Assembly: GCA_965644265.1 (NCBI GenBank)
Contig: OZ286472.1
Span: 26,226,001 to 26,290,000 of the forward strand
Source of the DNA: Glycera tridactyla
Taxonomy: Eukaryota
Direction: 5' to 3'
DNA: 64,000 nucleotides
A program made the position numbers and the translations under genes. Shown one piece after another: positions 60,341 through 64,000 of the stretch. Every line of letters begins with the position of its first letter. Positions within the stretch are counted from its first letter, which is position 1. The notes under the pieces are model-generated. The model saw only the letters and a list, made by a program, of their open reading frames with translations, was not told the origin of the DNA and searched no databases.

Positions 60341-63096
60341 TCGAAAAATGACGCAACAACCGTAATATACTTGGCTATGTCTTGCTGTCATACTATGCAC
60401 TGATTTCTGCCTTTCAGGACTCTCCGATTCAACTTTAGTATTATCATGCCTTTTCTACCCACCACCCAATAACCAGCTACTGCAATATTATTGAACATTA
60501 ATAGAGATACACCATATGTAACTATATTTTGCATCAATTGAACCCAGGTTACAGTGTTAGAGTAGGCCATTTGGCCTAATGGTGATTTATTTGATGATTT
60601 GTACCTTTTTGCTATTTCTACAACTGTTACCGCCTGGTAAAATAAAGTTTTTGTCTATTGTCTATTGTCTATTGTCTATCACAGACGTGTAGGCAAGAAG
60701 CATTTATGACAGCGTGCAACAACAGGAAATGTGATTTTCGGAATTCTTTCGTCTATATACTTAAAATTGTCTCCACGATGACGGGATTTCACCAAAACAA
60801 CGTTTAGCTATCAAAAGTCACGAAATACTGTGCAATAACAACGTTTTGTGTGAGAAACGTCCAAAAAACAGTGTTTTTGATAAGATTTGGCTGAGAAACA
60901 GTGAAGCGCCTTTTCAAAGACAAAAACGGTCCGTGAATTTAAACCAGGGCGTGGGAACAATTAACCCAACAAGGCCACACACCGCGCGTCTCTCGATCAG
61001 ATCCGGCGTCTCGAAGTCATGTCAATTTCTGTCTGGAAACCTAGACAACCGTCTGACTTTGAAAGAATACTCTATATTGAGATCAAGTCGTTCACTTTAA
61101 AAGAAGCATTCAGGCATGCAGGACGCTTTTGGAGCGTTCTACATTCAACATTCTTGGACTTAACAGCCCCATTCGTCTCAATGCAAATCACTGATATTAG
61201 AAATACCGGATAGCACATTTATGAGACAAAATGGATATCTTACTCACTCTTTTTACCGAAATTATGAGTTACAGACCACGCATATCGCGAAAATAGACTA
61301 TTTGGAACATAATACGCATTTCTCTCAATAACAGACACTTCCAACACGATTGTCGGATGAATTACAGCCTGTGAATGTGGCAATGGAGTCCACGTTCACT
61401 GTGCTTTCATCCTTTCACCGGAAAACATCACAAATCGCGGTCACATGGATAGCTTTCACTCTCACAACCCCCACACACGAAAAGTCACGAAATATCAACC
61501 GCGAGGACATTTGGCACACAAAATGTATCACGAGGCACAGTAACATTACAAGAACAGTTCCACGGCACATTTCATGAGTCACACTGTCATTGAAGAGAGT
61601 TTCAGAGAAAAACATGTTTCACAGTGGTGAATGCATGGTGGCACATGGGTGGTGGGGTGTTCGTGTACCTATGCTCCTACATAATGCAGCTAACAATTGG
61701 TGATGCACCTCACAATTACTGACCTGTCAAAGATGTTTAACTCATGTGGTGGATCATGATGGTGGCTTCCCGTGGAGCACTTTAGGAGTAGCGATATCCT
61801 AAGGCATCAAGGAGGGTATCTGCAAACTTTCTTGCAAGACTTCTGATCCAGCGACAGCGACCTCCGGGGCGAATGTGTCGAAAGTAATCTTCACATTGCA
61901 GGTAGCCCAGATATAGGTGCTGACACCGATCTCTCCTAAGATACCAATGATATCACCAACCACCAATCATGTGTCCGGATTCTATTTACGGTAAACAATT
62001 ACGTTAGATACGGGCGAAGGTGTCTTGTGCTCTTTTTAGCAGAGTCTATTTTACGAGACGGTGACGCTATTTGCAGGAGGGTAGCGAAATTACAATAGCA
62101 GCAGTGAAGGACTCCCCTATCGGTTTACCAAGTGGACTCTTCCACTTTTCACTCGAGCAGAGGTGGTTCTCCACGTGCACGAGATCTCCACGCGCACGAG
62201 ATCTGCATATCCCGCTACACACCTGTCGCAAGACAATGGCACCTGTTTGCCTGTTAGATCTTCCTTTGATCTTCAGCCTGCTATAACTTTGAAAGTTTTA
62301 GGCGCAGTCCAGTCATACTTTCTGACATAACGTAGTTTATGTTTCACTACAATACTGCAATTCTCTCCGAAAATCTAGAATCTTAAAATACACATTATTT
62401 AAATCATCCAAATCGGAGTTAATTACACAGGCAGAGAATTTAGCTCCCTCTTTTCTGACAAAATCGAATCAGAGCTGCAGTCAGAGCAGGGGTTGTATCT
62501 ACCTCTCTGTTCAGTCATATGATCGAGATTACCACTGAAAAGAACAAGACGGGCTATACTGAGCCGTCAATAGGAAATTTACTGCCGAAACAACGATTCG
62601 TTAGATTTAATTTCCTCCTCCCATGTAATTCTAGAACTAGGCCTATAGCCATAAAAGGACAGTATTAGACCCTCGATTGTGGGACGAGATGTCACTGTTC
62701 CAGGCTTAGACCATAATAATTCCATATTACATATCAGATAACATCACGACCTTTTCGTGGTGTTACATTATTTTTCAGCAGGAATATATTCATGCATCAC
62801 AACAATTTGGTTACCACGGTGTATTTCACTTGATTTGAGCACAATCAGAATTTGAGTAGACCATTGTATCTCACTACCGCCTGCAATGACCCTGAAGGAG
62901 ATCTGATTCGAAGCACCAAGGATTCCAGTGCATTCATTTATTATAGAACATTCCTTGAATACTAAATAAGAACATAACTCAACCATTCTTAGAAGAATAT
63001 CTTTCTTCACAGTGCCATCATACACATGTTCAAAATATAGGAATATATACAAGTACAGGTCTGATAAAGCTGTATATAATGATATCCATGCCTTAT

Positions 63097-63132
63097 CACA
63101 CTCACACGCGCGCACACACACACGCGCACATG

Positions 63133-63177
<45 letters not shown>
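63097..63177. repeat. (CA)n/(CG)n microsatellite
   Basis: Direct reading. Confidence 0.95.
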
Positions 63178-63180
<3 letters not shown>

Positions 63181-63842
63181 TAAGCACAACCTCCATGTAT
63201 CAAAACAAGACAGCACCATCAAGTTTCTTGACACAAACATTTTCTAGAAAATCACTACTGGGGCATTTACAACACATGTGAAGTACTGGTTATTTCTTAT
63301 GATGACATTACTGAGGAGGCAGATTTACATCACTCGAATCGAATACTAGTAGCTGATACTGAGATTCTATCTTAAAGGTTGTGATCACCTATTACAGATA
63401 AACTTGCAAAACAAACACCCTTGATGTCACCAAAAAGTGATCTAAAAATGGGTGGTCTTTCGTCAGAGGTGGTTCTGACTGTCCAATACAAAAGATGCTC
63501 TGAACAAGTTATTTTGATGGGGTCACAGGGTGAGAATACATTAAGAAAGTTCACCTGCCCACCTGGAAAATCACCCTGCCTTGCTTGTACATGCATCTTA
63601 ATCATGATCATTTTCCACCTGCACACCTAGAAAATCTACCTGCCCCAGGCAATGTCATGCATGAATCGCCATAATTTTCACTCAAATAGAGTAATCATCA
63701 CTCCAAAATCATAATGGTTAGCATCTCTGTAGATTTCACAAGAGTTTCGAACCTGAGAAATAGGATAGTTGTCCCACAAGATGGATTAATGATGATTCTA
63801 TTCAATGACCTTGGCTCGCTACAACATCAACACGTAAAAGTC

Positions 63843-64000
63843 TCATTCATCACTGGAGGAACTGCTGGAGGAATCTGAGGAGTTCATCTCTTCAACATCG
63901 TTATGTTTGAGGCTGGCATGTGCGTGGGCTGCCATACTACTCGCACCGTGTTCACTACTCGTCTGCCATGACATCGACGGGGCCTGTGCACTTGTGTGGG
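63843..64000 (-). CDS. Possible last coding exon of a convergent gene (runs off window)
   Basis: Minus-strand frame open from window end: HTSAQAPSMSWQTSSEHGASSMAAHAHASLKHNDVEEMNSSDSSSSSSSDE*; CpG retained; no family recognised. Confidence 0.45.
   Translation of the reverse strand, partial: HTSAQAPSMSWQTSSEHGASSMAAHAHASLKHNDVEEMNSSDSSSSSSSDE

Larger units (their letters stand above)
54190..60680 (+). mobile_element. Apparently full-length non-LTR retrotransposon, CR1/L2 group (L2/Crack/Daphne-like); 5' boundary approximate
   Basis: ORF1 + ORF2 (APE-RT) both uninterrupted; 3' UTR ends AATAAA (60641) then (TTGTCTA)4 tail (60651-60678); no LTR, no poly(A). Confidence 0.9.

Overview
Eukaryotic (animal, probably invertebrate; taxon not determinable from sequence alone) genomic scaffold with three N-gaps. 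It carries the 3' part of a DOCK-D/zizimin gene (DOCK9/10/11-like, DHR2 Cdc42-GEF domain) on the + strand: 11 exons from 13740 to a terminal coding exon ending at 41915, with consistent splice phases and two ~10-kb introns. The rest is mostly repeat-derived: many TA-flanked Tc1/mariner/pogo-type MITEs, a CAGGG-ended family with 6-bp target duplications that nests inside them, a hAT MITE with an 8-bp TSD, two Helentron-associated (HINE/DINE-1-like) elements carrying ~147-bp and ~157-bp satellite arrays, degenerate Penelope-type minimal hammerhead motifs, and a LINE (CR1/L2 group) with two intact ORFs and a 1.44-kb inter-ORF spacer. The last 158 bp may be the final coding exon of a convergent gene. 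No prokaryotic operon, CRISPR array, rRNA or tRNA is supported. The most unusual items are a 46-bp minisatellite that copies a DOCK exon end plus its splice donor 12 times, two in-frame candidate microexons, and the HINE satellite with higher-order structure. All were found by manual reading; none has been checked against databases or RNA data.
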